DNA of 62,953 nucleotides, counting the filler, from Chiloscyllium plagiosum (Eukaryota), in the NCBI RefSeq assembly GCF_004010195.1. It is 4 parts of one record of this genome, joined end to end, with 100 filler letters (N's around TTAATTAATTAA, not from the genome) between each part and the next. Parts side by side here need not be neighbours in the genome. Positions count along the whole stretch, not along the records: positions 24,054 to 49,961 come from NC_057712.1; 3 more parts are not named here. The stretch is one strand, 5' to 3'. The notes under the pieces are model-generated. The model had not been told where the DNA came from, made no database searches, and saw only the letters and a list, made by a program, of their open reading frames with translations. Shown here piece by piece: positions 25,168-37,616 of this stretch (its first letter is position 1; every line of letters starts with the position of its first letter). The translations under genes and the position numbers were made by a program.

Positions 25168-25625
25168 AAGGTTATATATGTACAGTCCGCCGGAACAGTA
25201 CCTCAGTAAAGAGGGAACTTTGTGTAGGCTGTGCAATTAGTTCCTAGCTCGTCACTGGTGATATGATCTAAACTGTGCAGTTTGCAGAGAGATTTGGCCT
25301 GTTTTGCCCTTGTCTTTTTGCAATGGGAGCTGGGGAGGTGCTTTCCCAGCAGTAAGTGACTGACTGTGGTGGAGTGAGCGCTGTTGCAGCAGCCTGTGTG
25401 TGTGCGTGCGTGTGGGAGGGTGTGCAGAGCACGGTGCAGCCCGGGGCTCTCCACTCCACACCGGTCCTTTGGTTTGACATTGGGACTGCTAGGGGCTCGG
25501 CCGTCCTGAGGGAGTAACTTTGCAGCTTCAGGCGGTTAAAAATAATTTCGTGGTTGTTTGTCTGACGGCGCTGTCCTTTTTTTTTCTTTGTCAGTTGTAT
25601 CCGGGTCGCTGCTGGTTTGATCGCA
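25140..25625 (+). promoter_or_regulatory. SLC25A27: SLC25A27 promoter/5'UTR with probable UTR intron 25352-25594
   Basis: CpG-rich. CRE-like TGACGTGA 25160-25167, TATATA 25173-25178, ETS-like CCGGAA 25190-25195. Donor GCA|GTAAGT at 25352; long polypyrimidine tract plus CAG acceptor ending 25594, 31 nt before the ATG. Confidence 0.55.
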
Positions 25626-25731
25626 ATGAGCCTGGAGACCGGGGAGTCTGAGCAGCGCCCTGCCCGGGACGTGTACTCTCTGCCCATCAAATTCGTGCTG
25701 ACCGCCTGCGCCGCGGCTGTGGCTGAGACAG
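25626..25731 (+). CDS. SLC25A27: UCP4 coding exon 1
   Basis: MSLETGESEQRPARDVYSLPIKFVLTACAAAVAET; donor AG|GTGCTC, phase 1. Confidence 0.9.
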
Positions 25732-25952
25732 GTGCTCGGTCACCCTGCTTTCTCATTTACAATCCAACAGATAACCACTAACTTTGCATGTTTGATCCCA
25801 CCCCGAAACAAACAGAAACCAGTCCAGGCCTGGGGGAGAGCAAATTTGTTCGCACACATAGTTACCGCCGGTGTGTGTATTTGAAGGAGAGTGAATTGGA
25901 GCAAGCCAGTGTTCAACATTGCCAGCCTCTCTTTACAGGCCCTTTAATGCCA

Positions 25953-26157
25953 TCTGAGGGGTTGGTTAAATTTATTGATGCAGAGTGCTGTGGATTTAAT
26001 TTCTGCACTGGCTGAGGTTACCATGATGGACTCTTCTTCTCAATCTCTCTTCTTGTCTGAGACATGAGTGACCCTCAGGTTCAACCACTACCAGCAATCT
26101 CTCTCCCTCTTTACTGAGAGAGTAGCCCTCTGGTATGGTAGGACTGTGGCAACTTTA
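25953..26157 (+). mobile_element. Short SINE-like insertion in SLC25A27 intron 1
   Basis: 12-bp TSD cctttaatgcca (25941-25952/26158-26169); non-coding, family not assigned. Confidence 0.6.
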
Positions 26158-27124
26158 CCTTTAATGCCAGCATCAAAAGTCGATAGAATCATGGAAAAAC
26201 CATGTACAGGTAGTCTGAAGGAGAGCAGTGCTAAACTGAGAAATTGCCATTGTTGATTCAGAGGGAATATTCTGCTCTAAATATGTCTTTGAAAATATTA
26301 AGTGTGAATTCTCAGATCAATGTTATTTATGTACTATATAAATATGTTTCTATATTTTTGGAATAAGTGTTTTGATAATGACTATGGATACATTTCTAAT
26401 AAAGCTATAAAAAGGGAATGCAGAGGAAAACAAATCTGAAATGAATAAGGGAGACCATTGCTTGTGACCCTTTTGTTTACCATATTTGTGATCTTGATAC
26501 AGCAACCAATTGCAAATTTGTTAAATTTGTAAATACTAACGTATGGAGAGATTGGGGTGGTCAAGAATGGAAATTTATGATTAACATAAAAGTTTAGATT
26601 AAACAAGTAGGAAGACATATTCAGATATAAAGCAAGTGCAGGAAAAAAGTGACTTAATGCCTTGTAGACACTTAGAAAGAGACCCAAAAATAACAAGACT
26701 TGTCTGTGTCAATATTGCAACAATGTGGAGATTTATAAACCAAAGTGTAGGCAGAGCATTTAGGAATGTGGCAAAGATCTCTGAAGCCCTATGATGTTGA
26801 ATGTTGGGTGCAAAGAGGTGAGAATAAAAAGACAATGTAATAAATACTGAAGTATAATGGAAAATTGCAGAAATAGAGACAGATGAGATATTATGGACAT
26901 GTTGAAAGCACACCTTTAAAAACTGCATACGTAGCTGCTTTTGGGCATTCGTTCTTTGTGCAATGTCTCAAACATTTTTATTTTGAACTTTATCAACTTT
27001 ATCAATCATCTTTATCAGGTCACGAACAGAGGATTTAGCGTACTTCTGGGCTTTTGCTTTAGCAAATGTAAAGGTGCTAAACAAGTACAACCTGTTGTTA
27101 CTGTCAATAGAAAAAATGCACAAA

Positions 27125-27772
27125 AAGAAAACTGGCATCTAAATTCAGCAGGTAAATGGAATGTTGGCCTTTTATTTCAAAGGGAATAGAGTGTCAAAAA
27201 AAGGAAACAAAGCAGGAACTAGTTGTGCCACAGCTAGATAACTGAATAGTTTTGGTCTCTTATCCAAGGAAATATACTGGCATTGGAGGCAGTTCAGAGA
27301 AGGTTCACTAAGCTGAACATGGGTGTGGAGGGACTGTTTTATGAAGGGAGGCTGAAAAGGTTCGATCTGTAGTCATTGAAATTTAGAAGAATGAGAGGAA
27401 ACCTTTTTGAAACATATATTATTCTCAAGGGGAATGACAGGGTAGGTGTGAAGATGTTGCCTCTCCTTGTGGGAGAGTCTAAGACCAGAGGGTGTAATCT
27501 CAGAATAAGATGCAGGCTAGTTAGAACAGAGCTGAGGAGGAATTTCTTCTCTGAGGGTAGTGAATCTGTGGAACTCTTTACCACAGAGGGCTATAAAGGC
27601 TTGGTCATTAAATATATTCAAGTCTGGGATAAATTTTTAATCTATAAGGGAATCAAGAGTAATGGGGAAAACACAATGTGGAGCTGAAGATGATCACATC
27701 AGCCATGATCTCATTGAATGGTGGAGCAGATGGATGGGCCAAATGGCTTATTTCTGATCCTGTGTTTTATGG
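27125..27772 (+). mobile_element. CR1-clade LINE 3' fragment
   Basis: FRRMRGNLFETY...TRGCNLRIR...RRNFFS. Confidence 0.8.
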
Positions 27773-28622
27773 TCAATGTGATAGAGCAAGAAAGACATAT
27801 CTTGGTAGAAACCAAAAACAATACCAAACATATTGTGTCCTTTTATGTATAATTAATGGATTATACTTGAAGTGCAATGTTTGTTACAACAAAAGCAAAT
27901 ATATTAAATACCTATATTCTCAGAGCTACTATTGTTTGAAGATTTTTGTTGATTTGAAATTGTCTTATCGACAATGTAAGTAGATCAGATGAATTTTTAT
28001 TTGCAGTTTTATAATGGCGACATTTAATGAAACCCAAGATTAGTACCAGCACAACTGAGGGGTCGTGAATGGGACTATGACTTGATTTTCTTTACAAACA
28101 AATATATTCTGCATTTTAGAAATAATTTAGTTTACAATCTGACATTCGGTTTTATATTGACTAGTGTTAAGAGTGGTGATGTAAAAATACAATTTTACAA
28201 CAGTGGCAGCTTTTAAAGATGAAATAAAACTTATAATTCATTCTGTCTCCATTAAGCACAGGCAAAAAGAATGTCCAGGAGGTATTCTCAATTTACTTGG
28301 GTGATTTTTGATATCTCATACTATGCAATCTTTCTATGGAAAAAGAGAGTGAAAATGCTGCAGAATCCATTGCAAAATTCCAGGCCTAGGATGTAGATAG
28401 GATCAGTTATGCAGTATGTCATTCTAGAGTTGCATTTTATGTGATATTAACAAATAAGTTATAGAAGAGTCACTGGATTCAATGTTAACTCCATTTTCTC
28501 TCTCCAGATGCTACTAGACTTGCTGTGTTTCTCCACTACTCTGTTTTTGTTTCACATTTATTTGCCTTGCTTCTTACTTGACTGATGACTGACTGGTTTT
28601 TAATTTGTTTCTATGTTGTTAG

Positions 28623-28811
28623 TGACCTTTCCATTTGATTTGACTAAAACAAGACTTCAGATCCAAGGAGAATCCGCTGCCCATCATTTTAGAGGTGGTA
28701 AAAGAGTAACGCCTAAACGGGGAATGATTCAAACGGCAGCTGGAATAGTGAAGGAAGAGGGCCTGTTCAAACTCTGGAATGGTGTTACTCCTGCCATCTA
28801 CAGACATATAG
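28623..28811 (+). CDS. SLC25A27: UCP4 coding exon 2
   Basis: (V)[16 protein letters not shown]...[19 protein letters not shown] acceptor 28621-28622, donor GTGAAT. Confidence 0.95.
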
Positions 28812-28916
28812 GTGAATATATTCAGCAGAACTTTTTCTTTCTGATGTATTGTAATCAATACCTAAGTATCAGAATCATTACTTCACTGTTGCACCATTTG
28901 TGCTCCTAATCACTGA

Positions 28917-29013
28917 TCTGAAGAAGGGTCACTGGACCCAAAACATGAACTCTGCTTTCACATCACAGATGCTGGCAGACCTGCTGAGCTTTTCCAGCAA
29001 TTTCTGTTTTCAA
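28917..29013 (+). mobile_element. Penelope-like terminal fragment with decayed hammerhead core
   Basis: CTGAAGA-A-GGGTC-actg-GACCC-AAAA-CATG; flanking 6-bp cactga repeat. Confidence 0.65.
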
Positions 29014-29569
29014 CACTGAATGGATAAGCTTCTTTTGGATTTTATATATATCTACAGATGTTTAGCGGAACATTCATTTCTGCTGTACCTGTGGCTGTGT
29101 TTATTTTACATTGCAGTACAACATGATATTAAGCCTAAATTGCTTTCCAAAAGTCAGCTAAGCTAATGGCTATGTCATGCAGGATCATTCTAATATACTT
29201 CATATCATAGTTGTAGACACTTGTGGTAAAGTAGAATTCTAAATATTTGTGGGGAATCCAAAAATGATTAAAGCTACATGAAAATTAGGGCTGCAATGCA
29301 ATACTGTGCAAAATTTCCCTGAGACTACACAAAAGTAATCTTTCAAACAGAATTATATAAAAGAATATGGCTGCCATTGCTGTGGGATGGTGCCACTTGC
29401 AGGCCAGAGATCTAGTTGAGGAAATAAAGCATTCTTTATTTGATGTCTTATAACAGCTGAAGCAGTCCATGTCAAAACGCAGCATGTTCTGGACAATATC
29501 CAGGTTTGGACCAAAAATGTTACAAATGACATGGAAGCTAGCTAACTTGGAGAAATAAATAGCCACATC

Positions 29570-31142
29570 TTGAAAAATATCCAAATTACAGAAGAGGAGA
29601 TGCTAGATGTTTTATAATGTATTAAGGTGGATAAATCCCTGGAATTTGATCAGGTGTACCGTAGAACTCTGGGAAGCTAGGGAAGTGATGGCTGGGTCCC
29701 TTGCCGAGATATTTGTATTATCGATAGGGCAGGTGAGATGCCGGAAGATTGGAGGATGGCTAATGTGGTGCCACTATTTAAAGGTGGCAAGGAAAAGCCA
29801 AGGAACCATAGATTGGTGAGCCTGATATCAGTTGAGGGCAAGTTGTTGGAGGGGATCCTGATGGACAGGATTTACATGCATTTGGAAAGGCAAAGCTTGA
29901 TTAGGGATAGTCAGCATGGCTTTGTGTTTGAGAAATTGTGTCTCATTAACTTGTTTTTTTGAAGAAGCAACAAAGAGGATTGATGAAGGCAGAGCAGTGG
30001 ACGTGATCTGTGTGGACTTCAGTAAGGTGTTCAACAAGATTCTGCATAGTAGACTGGTTGGCAAGATTAGCAAGCATGGAATATAAGGAGAACTAGCCAT
30101 TTGGATACAGAACTGGCTCGAAGCTAGAAAACAGAGGGTGGTGGTGGAGGTTTGCTTTTCAGACTGGAGGCCTGTGACTAGCTGTATGCCACAAGGATTG
30201 GTGCTGGCTCCATTGCTTCTCGTCATTTATATAATTGATTTGGATGTGTATGTAGGAGGTATGGTTAGTGAGCTTGCAGATGACACCAAAATTGGTGATG
30301 CAGTGAACGGCGAAGAAGGTTACCTCTGAGTTCAATGGGACTTTGATCAGATGGGCTGAGTGGCAGATGGAGTTTAATTTAGATTAAATGTGAGTGCTGC
30401 ATTTTGGAAAGGCAAATCAGGGCAGGACGTAGACACTTAATGGTATGGTCCTGGGGAATGTTGCTGAACAAAGAGACCTTGGAGTGCAGGCTCATTGTTC
30501 CTTGAAAATGGAGTTGCAGGTAGATAGGATAATGAAGATGATGTTTGGTATGCTTGCCTTTATTGGTCAGAGCATTGAATATAGGGAGGTCATATTGCAG
30601 CTGTACAGGACATTGGTTATGTCATTTTTGGGAACACTGTTCAATTCTGGTCTCCTTGCTATAAGAAGGTTGTTGTGAAACCTGAAAGAGTTCAGAAAAG
30701 GTTTACAAGAATGTTGCCAGGGTTGAAGAGTTTGAGTTACAGGGAGAGGCTGAATAGGCTGTGCTGTGACCTTTATAGACGTTTATAAAATCATGAGGGG
30801 CATGAGTAGGGTGAAAGGCCAAGGTGTTTTCCCCAGGGTGGGGGAGTCCAGAACCAAAAGGATAGGTTTAAGGTGAGAGAGGAAAGATTTAAGAGGGATC
30901 TAAAGGGCAACTGTTTCGCACATAAGAGTTGTGCGTGCATGGGATGAGCTGCCAGAGGAAGTGGTGGAAGCTGGGACAATTACAAAATTTAAAAGGCATT
31001 TGGATGGTCATATGAATAGGAAGGGTTTAGAGGAATATGGGCCAAATGCTAACAAATAGGATTAGATTAATTTAGGATATCTGGTTGGCATGGACGAATT
31101 GGACCAAAGGGTCTGTTTCCATGCTGTACAGTTCTGACTCTA
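29570..31142 (+). mobile_element. Decayed CR1/HER1-like LINE (RT to 3' tail)
   Basis: PEDWRMANVVPLFK, PQGLVLAPLL, LADDTKIG motifs; 3' tail. Confidence 0.9.
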
Positions 31143-31147
31143 AGACA

Positions 31148-32205
31148 TTTGTGCACATCAACTGCCAGACAATGATCATCTCTAACAAAAGAGAATTTAA
31201 TCATTGCCCCTTGACATTCAGTGACATTATTATAACTGAATGCAACACTGTCAGGATCCTGGGGATTAACACCGACCAGAAACTAAGCTGGACTAGCCAT
31301 ATAAATACTGTGGCTACTAAAACAGGTCAGAGGTTAGGCATCCTAAGATGAGTAGCTCACCTCCTGACTCCCCAAAGCCTGCCCACCATCTACAAGGCAC
31401 AAGTCAAGGGTGTGATGAAGTACCCCCCACCTAGCTGGATGAGTGCAGTTCATACCACATTCATGAAGGTTGAGACCATCTAGGACAAAGCAACTGGTTT
31501 GATTGGCACCACATCCACAAACATTCATTCTTTCCTCTACTGATGTTCAGTTATGATTAGATTACTTAGATTAGATTACTTACAGTGTGGAAACAGGCCC
31601 TTCGGTCCAACAAGTGCACACCAACCCGCCGAAGCGCAACCCACCAAGATCCATTCCCCCACATTCATCCCTTCACCTAACACTACGGGCAATTTAGCAA
31701 GGCTAATTCACCTAACCTGCACATTTTTGGACTGTGGGAGGAAACCGGAGCACCCGGAGGAAACCCATGCAGACACTGGGAGAATGTGCAAACTCCACAC
31801 AGTCAGTCGCCTGAGGCGGGAATTGAACCCAGGTCTCTGGCGCTGGGAGGCAGCACTGTGCCACTGTGCCGCCCACTAATGGTGTGTACCATCTGAAAGG
31901 TACACTGAAGAAATTCATCAAATCTCACAGATCGAAGCATCTAAACCCATGGGCACTTTCACCTAGAAGGTAAGGGCAGTAGGTGTATGAGAACACCATC
32001 ACCTGCAATTTTCTGTCCAAAGCATTCACCAACCTGTCTTTGAAATATACTGAGTCAAAATTCTGCAACTTCCTTCCTAACAGCATTGTGGGTATATTTA
32101 CATTAAATGGATTGAGATGGTTCAAGAAGGCAGCTCACCACCACCTTCTCAAGGACAACTAGGGACAGGCAATAAATGTTGACCCAGCCAACAAGACCTA
32201 CATTT
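31148..32205 (+). mobile_element. Old CR1-like LINE 3' fragment (second lineage), interrupted by HE1 SINE
   Basis: ILGINTDQKLSWTSHINTVATKTGQRLGILR; tail ggcaataaatgttgacccagcc. Confidence 0.8.
31555..31874 (-). mobile_element. HE1-type V-SINE
   Basis: Same structure as 9208-9524. Confidence 0.9.
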
Positions 32206-32475
32206 TTTTTAAAAATCAGCTGTTTGAAAAATTGATGCAGGCTTTGCAAGCAAGTCATCCACTTTCCTCTTAACTGCAAGACACATGTAACCCAGTGAAA
32301 ACATAACAAGAAGGAAGACTAATGTTGGGGTTGGATATTTATGAGCTCTGGGAAAAGGCCTATTGTTCAGAAAGTAAAAAGTAGATTATTACCATTTTTT
32401 TAAAAAAATGTTTATATTCCGTAAGTAACTTTTATTTACACTGATACCCTTTCTTTTATTTACGATGTGTACTAG

Positions 32476-32560
32476 TGTATTCAGGAGTAAGGATGGTTGC
32501 CTATGAGCAACTCCGTGATTCTGTACTTCACAAGGATGAAGATGGCTATTTCCCACTGTG
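32476..32560 (+). CDS. SLC25A27: UCP4 coding exon 3
   Basis: (V)YSGVRMVAYEQLRDSVLHKDEDGYFPL(W); TAG acceptor, GTAAAT donor. Confidence 0.95.
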
Positions 32561-32729
32561 GTAAATATTATAAAGTACAATACAGTAAAATATACAAAGC
32601 CTGTATTCTATATGTGCATGCACAGATTTGATTTTAAAAAATACCTTAAATTTACTTTAAAAGTATTCACTATTTACACACATTAAATATATAAAGAAGG
32701 ACAAGACTCTCAAGGCAGATATGACTGGG

Positions 32730-33803
32730 TTCTGCATGGTAGACTAATTAGTAAAGTTAGATCACATGGGATTCAGGAGAGCTTGTCAATTGGTTATAAA
32801 ATTGGCTTGACGGTACGAGTCAGAGGGTGTTGATGAAGGGTGTTTTTCAGACTGGAGGCCTGTGACCAGAGGTGTTCTGCAGGGATCGATACTGGATCCA
32901 TTTTTGTTGTAATTTATACAAATGATTTGGATGAGAGTTCAGGGACCATTGTTAGAAAGTTTGCAGATGACACCAACACTGGTGGTGAAGTTAACAATGA
33001 AGAAGTTTATTTCCGATTACAAAGTGATCTCAATTAATTAGGTTGATGGGCTGAGGAATGGCAGATGGAGGTTAATTTGGATAAATGTGAGGTGTTGCAT
33101 TTTGGAAAAAACAAACAAGGGCAGGACTTATACAGTTAATGGTAGGGTTGTCGAACAGAGAGATCTAGGGCTTCAGGTACATAGTCCTTTGAAAGTTTCA
33201 TCACAGGTAGATAGGGTGGTTAAGAAGGTGTTCAGCATGCATGCCTTCGTTGCTCAGACCATGTGAGTATAGGAGTTGGGGCATCATTTTGAGGATGTAC
33301 AGGATGTTGGTAAGGCAACTTTTCGCTATAGGAAAGAAATTATTAAATTGGAGAGAGTTCAGAAAAGACTTAGCAGGATGTTACTGGGACAAGAGTGTTT
33401 GATTATATGTATAGGATGGGGACTTTTGTTTACTAGAGCATAGGAGGTTGAGTGGTGATCTTATTGAGGTCTATAAAATCATGAGGTATGTGGATAAGGT
33501 GAATAGCAAAGATCTTTTCCTTGAGATAGGTGAGTTCAAAACTAGGGGGCATATTTTTAAGGTGAGAGGAGAAAGATTTAAAAGAGACCTGAGGGGGCAA
33601 CTCTTTTGTGAGTAGAATGAACTTCCAGAGTAAGTAGAAGGTGCAGGTACAGTTACAACATTTAAAAGACTTTGGATAGGTAGATGAATTGGAAAGGTTT
33701 TGAGGAATATGGGCCAAACACAGGCAAGTACGACTAGTTTAGTTTGGGAAACATGGTCAGCATGGACAAGTTGGGCCAAAGAGTCTGTTTCTGTATGACT
33801 CTG
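32730..33803 (+). mobile_element. Decayed CR1 LINE 3' half
   Basis: KFADDT and KCEVLHFG remnants and 3' tail. Confidence 0.85.
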
Positions 33804-34176
33804 ATGGTGCAAAATAGAATCTGTTGCAAATTAAATCATAGAATTTGTCTTTGAATATATATCTGTAAGGTGCTGTTTTAAATTTGGCCATAGCTAGCTT
33901 AATTTCCTCACATTATCGTCAGGTACACAACATGTCACTTCAAATATATTTCCTAAGCAGATGGAAAAAATTGTAAAGCTCAGGCTGCTTAATTTTTTCT
34001 GCAGTCCATCACATTAAGGTAAGTGATTCATAACATGTACATTTGTTGGGGTTTCACAACCAGGGGAAATCAGGAAACCAGCATATTATTTTTAATAAAC
34101 TTGATTTATGGGAGGCAACCTATCTAGTGTAGTTCAGTTTGCTGGAACCTACCCAGTAATGTTTGTAGCAGACAGG

Positions 34177-34280
34177 TCATAGAGTCATAGAGATATACAG
34201 CATGGAAACGGACCCTTTGGTCCAATTCATCTATGTTGACCAGACATCCCATCCCAATCTAGTCCCACCTTCCAGCAACC
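34177..34280 (-). mobile_element. CR1/HER1 3' tail fragment
   Basis: gtcatagagtcatagagatatacagcatggaaacggaccc. Confidence 0.8.
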
Positions 34281-35104
34281 TTTGTTACGTTGCTGAAATC
34301 AGTAAATCTCCTGGATATGTGTGTGATATTTGAGTGACAGTTCAGTGCCAGCTGGAATGCTTAAATATGCATGCAAGTGAGAAATACTATATGTATTCAT
34401 CATAGAATGGGAAGAAAGAATAAACTAGAAACATGAGCATCAAGTGCTAATTTTCATTTCAGAAGAAATTTTAGTTATGTATACTGGGTAACGGTAAGCT
34501 TCAAAGTAAAGGTCGACTATTATTTTGTTGTTTTAAAAAAAACAAAATTAATGGCATCACTGTTATTTGTGTGCAATACTGTATCCAGATATTGTTATCT
34601 CCATTAGCTTTGCATGAACACCATTTCACTGCCAGTCTTAGTGTGAAAAAGTATTAAATACCTTTCATTTGTATGGTAAATATACCAGTAATTATTTAAA
34701 TAATTAAATGTGTCACAGAAAGTTAAATTCTTGTTTACGTTAGTATAAATGTTCTTTTAATGAGGTGACATGTTAATTGGTCCCAACCACCCTCCTGACA
34801 CTGAAAAGTAATTATTATAAATAAATGGCTTCATTCCTTCAGGTTTTAATTCTGAAAATTTTGAAAATCTTTCTCTTCTTTCTCTCAACTCAATATTTCT
34901 TTCCTTCTCTTCAATTTTCTTTCTGTACCTGTTTTGACATTGAATCCACCCACATTAATTTACACTTCCTTATCACTTCCTGCAGTTAATATCATGATTC
35001 TTAGTAGATTATTTAAGGAAACACAGTTCATTTATCCCCCTGTTCATTCATATTCCAAATGTCCAATTTTTCCAAGTTGAAACATTAAGCTCACAATTTC
35101 AGCA

Positions 35105-35512
35105 CCATCCTCCACCACTAAATCCTAGCCACCTGATGACTGGAGGAAGAACACCTCATCTTGGGGGCGCTCCAACCACACGGAAACAGTGTTAATTTCA
35201 TCAATTTCCTCATCTCCCCATCCGAATCCCAGATCCAACCTTCCAACTCGGCACTGCCCTCTTGAACTGTCCTACCTAACCCCTTCCCACTTATCCTCTC
35301 CACCCTCCACTCTGACCCATCACCATCACCCCCCCACCTTCATCCATTTATCACATTCCTAGCTACCTTCCTCCCAGCCCAGCCCCCTTTCATTTATCTC
35401 TCAGAACCCTCCTCACATTCCTGATCAAGAGCTTATGCTCGAAACGTCGACTTTCCTGCTCCTTGGATGCTGCCTGACCAGCAGTGCTTTTCCAGCGCCA
35501 TACTTTTTGACC
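35105..35512 (+). mobile_element. Penelope-like element 3' end: GIY-YIG endonuclease C-terminal remnant, UTR and hammerhead motif
   Basis: LEEEHLI..G.LQPHG.. remnant at about 35140-35200, C-rich UTR, then CTGATCA-A-GAGC-ttat-GCTC-GAAA-CGTC at 35421-35448. Confidence 0.7.
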
Positions 35513-36049
35513 CTGTATAAAATGTTGATTAATTGAAAAAATGTAAAAAATTGAAACAAGGGCTAAATTAACTAAGAACACACTGTTGGTGCATTGCTAT
35601 GACAAAAGCTGGGAGTGCCAATATTCACATTACATATCAGAGACTTTAATTTCCTTAATATTGTCAATTAATAGTATAAAATAGCTATCTTAAAAACAGA
35701 CATTTCCAGGAAGTAAAGTTGGAGCTTTTCAACTAAGTACTTTAAATAAGCTAAAAGTGAAAACGATGTAGGCATCTTAACAAGAAAAATATCATGAGGT
35801 GAGGGAATGACAAGAAAAGGCTAAAACAAAAGGTAAAGGTAACTTTGAACACTGATGCAAATGTTGGATCATTTGCCCGCAGGGTAGGGCTGAGTGTATC
35901 AGTTAAAATGTGGTCCTTCAAATCCAGGTCAATGGCCTCATCAGATTGGGATTATACAAAAACATTCCAAGTAGATAGACAAACAACTTCACTGTCTCCA
36001 TTTAAATTTATAAGTCTGGTTCATTAACCCATTTTTTTTCATGAGAGTT

Positions 36050-36180
36050 GACTAAGCACATATTGTCTGTCGCAATTCTTGTATTACAACAGGAACTAAA
36101 CTTATAAGTACTTAATTGGCGATACAGTTTTCTGGTGCCCTGATGTCATGAAAGGCACTACATAAATGCAAATTTTATTT
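36050..36180 (+). mobile_element. Old L2-type/DeuSINE-like 3' tail remnant
   Basis: aagtacttaattggc...tgaaaggcactacataaatgcaa resembles L2-derived SINE tails; Deu-domain-like remnants also at about 5410-5530 (-) and about 62105-62210 (+). Confidence 0.4.
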
Positions 36181-36494
36181 TTTTGTAATCATGAAGCAGA
36201 TGTGATTCAGATAAACTTTGTGATGAAGTTTGACCTTTGTCCGAAGAAGGTGAATTTAGCAGTGGTTTAAAAGGAGAAGTATAAGTGTTAAGTACATCTG
36301 TTTACTAAGTTAATAGTTACACAGCTAACCATACTGATGCAGAACAGCTAGCTGGTGACCCCCAGTTGTAAAGAATTTTGTCACTTCGCAGTCAGACCAT
36401 TTCAGAAGAGTCAATGATATTTAGATGGTTGGAACATTTAAAATCAGAATCAAAAACTGTGTACTTCACGATGCAGCAAACATGCTTCAGGTTT

Positions 36495-36840
36495 TTTTAA
36501 TTCACTCATGGGATGCGGGCATTACTGGCTAGGCCAGCATTTATTGCCCATCCCTAATTGCCCGCAGGCAGTTAAGAGTCAATCATACTGCTGTGGTTCT
36601 GGAGTCACATGTAGGCTAGACCAGGTAAGGTTGGCAGATTCCTTCCCAAAAGGACATAGGTGAACCAGATGTGATTTTCCTGATAATTGACAATGGTTTC
36701 ATGGTCATCATCAGACTCTAAATTGCAGATTCTGTATTGAATTTAAATTCCACCATCTTCCCTGCGGGATTTGAACCCAGGTCCCCAGAACATCATTGGA
36801 GTGACTGGATCAGTAGTCTGGTAGTAATACTACTAGGCTG
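36495..36840 (-). mobile_element. tRNA-derived SINE (non-HE1 family)
   Basis: B-box gggttcaaatccc on minus; tail gggcaattagggatgggcaataaatgctggcc shared with the second LINE lineage. Confidence 0.75.
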
Positions 36841-37096
36841 TTATTTGATTGTTGTCCTAATGAAACATCATTGACCTAAAACGTAACTCTGTTTCTTTTT
36901 CCATAAGTTCTGCCGTTTTCTCTTTTTATTTTGTAATTTATAATTGATATCCTTTGAGATAGTGATTAACTGCAGCCAGATCTCACCTAGGTGATAAAGC
37001 AATGAAACTAGATCCCCAAGAGACTGATAGAAATAAAAAAAAATTTCAAGATTAAGTATTAAATGCAAATGGTATGTTTTATTCATTTTTGGACAG

Positions 37097-37219
37097 GAAA
37101 GCTGTGGTAGGAGGAATGCTGTCTGGTACTATTGGTCAATTTTTTGCAAGCCCAACTGATCTGGTCAAAGTCCAGATGCAGATGGAAGGGAGGCGAAGGC
37201 TTGAAGGAAAACCACCGAG
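37097..37219 (+). CDS. SLC25A27: UCP4 coding exon 4
   Basis: [40 protein letters not shown](R); CAG acceptor, GTAAGA donor. Confidence 0.95.
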
Positions 37220-37616
37220 GTAAGACATGTTTATGGAATATAGCTTTGTGCTATGTGTCATAAATATATGAATTTTACAAAATAACTTCACCAAATATCC
37301 TGCCTTATAATCAGGGTACAGAATAGGAGTAGGCCTTGCAATCCCTTGACCCTGCACTGCCATTCATTTAGATATGATTGATCTGTATTTCAACTCTATG
37401 TACTTATCTTCAGTTGATATTCCTTTGATATGCAAATGGAACAGAGATCTAATTTTAAAATTATGTCCCTTCATCCTTGATTCCCCCAGAGAATATGGTT
37501 TCCCTCAACATTTCTTAGTAAATCATTTAAAGATTTAAACCCCTCAATGTGATCGATATTCAATCTCCATTCTCCTGAATAGAGGGCAAGTTTACGAAAC
37601 TTGGTCTCTTATTTTA

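Noticed and set aside
25268..25756. 162-aa minus-strand ORF over the UCP4 5' end
   Set aside because: Antisense to a GC-rich exon and promoter; no recognisable protein, including no P450 similarity.
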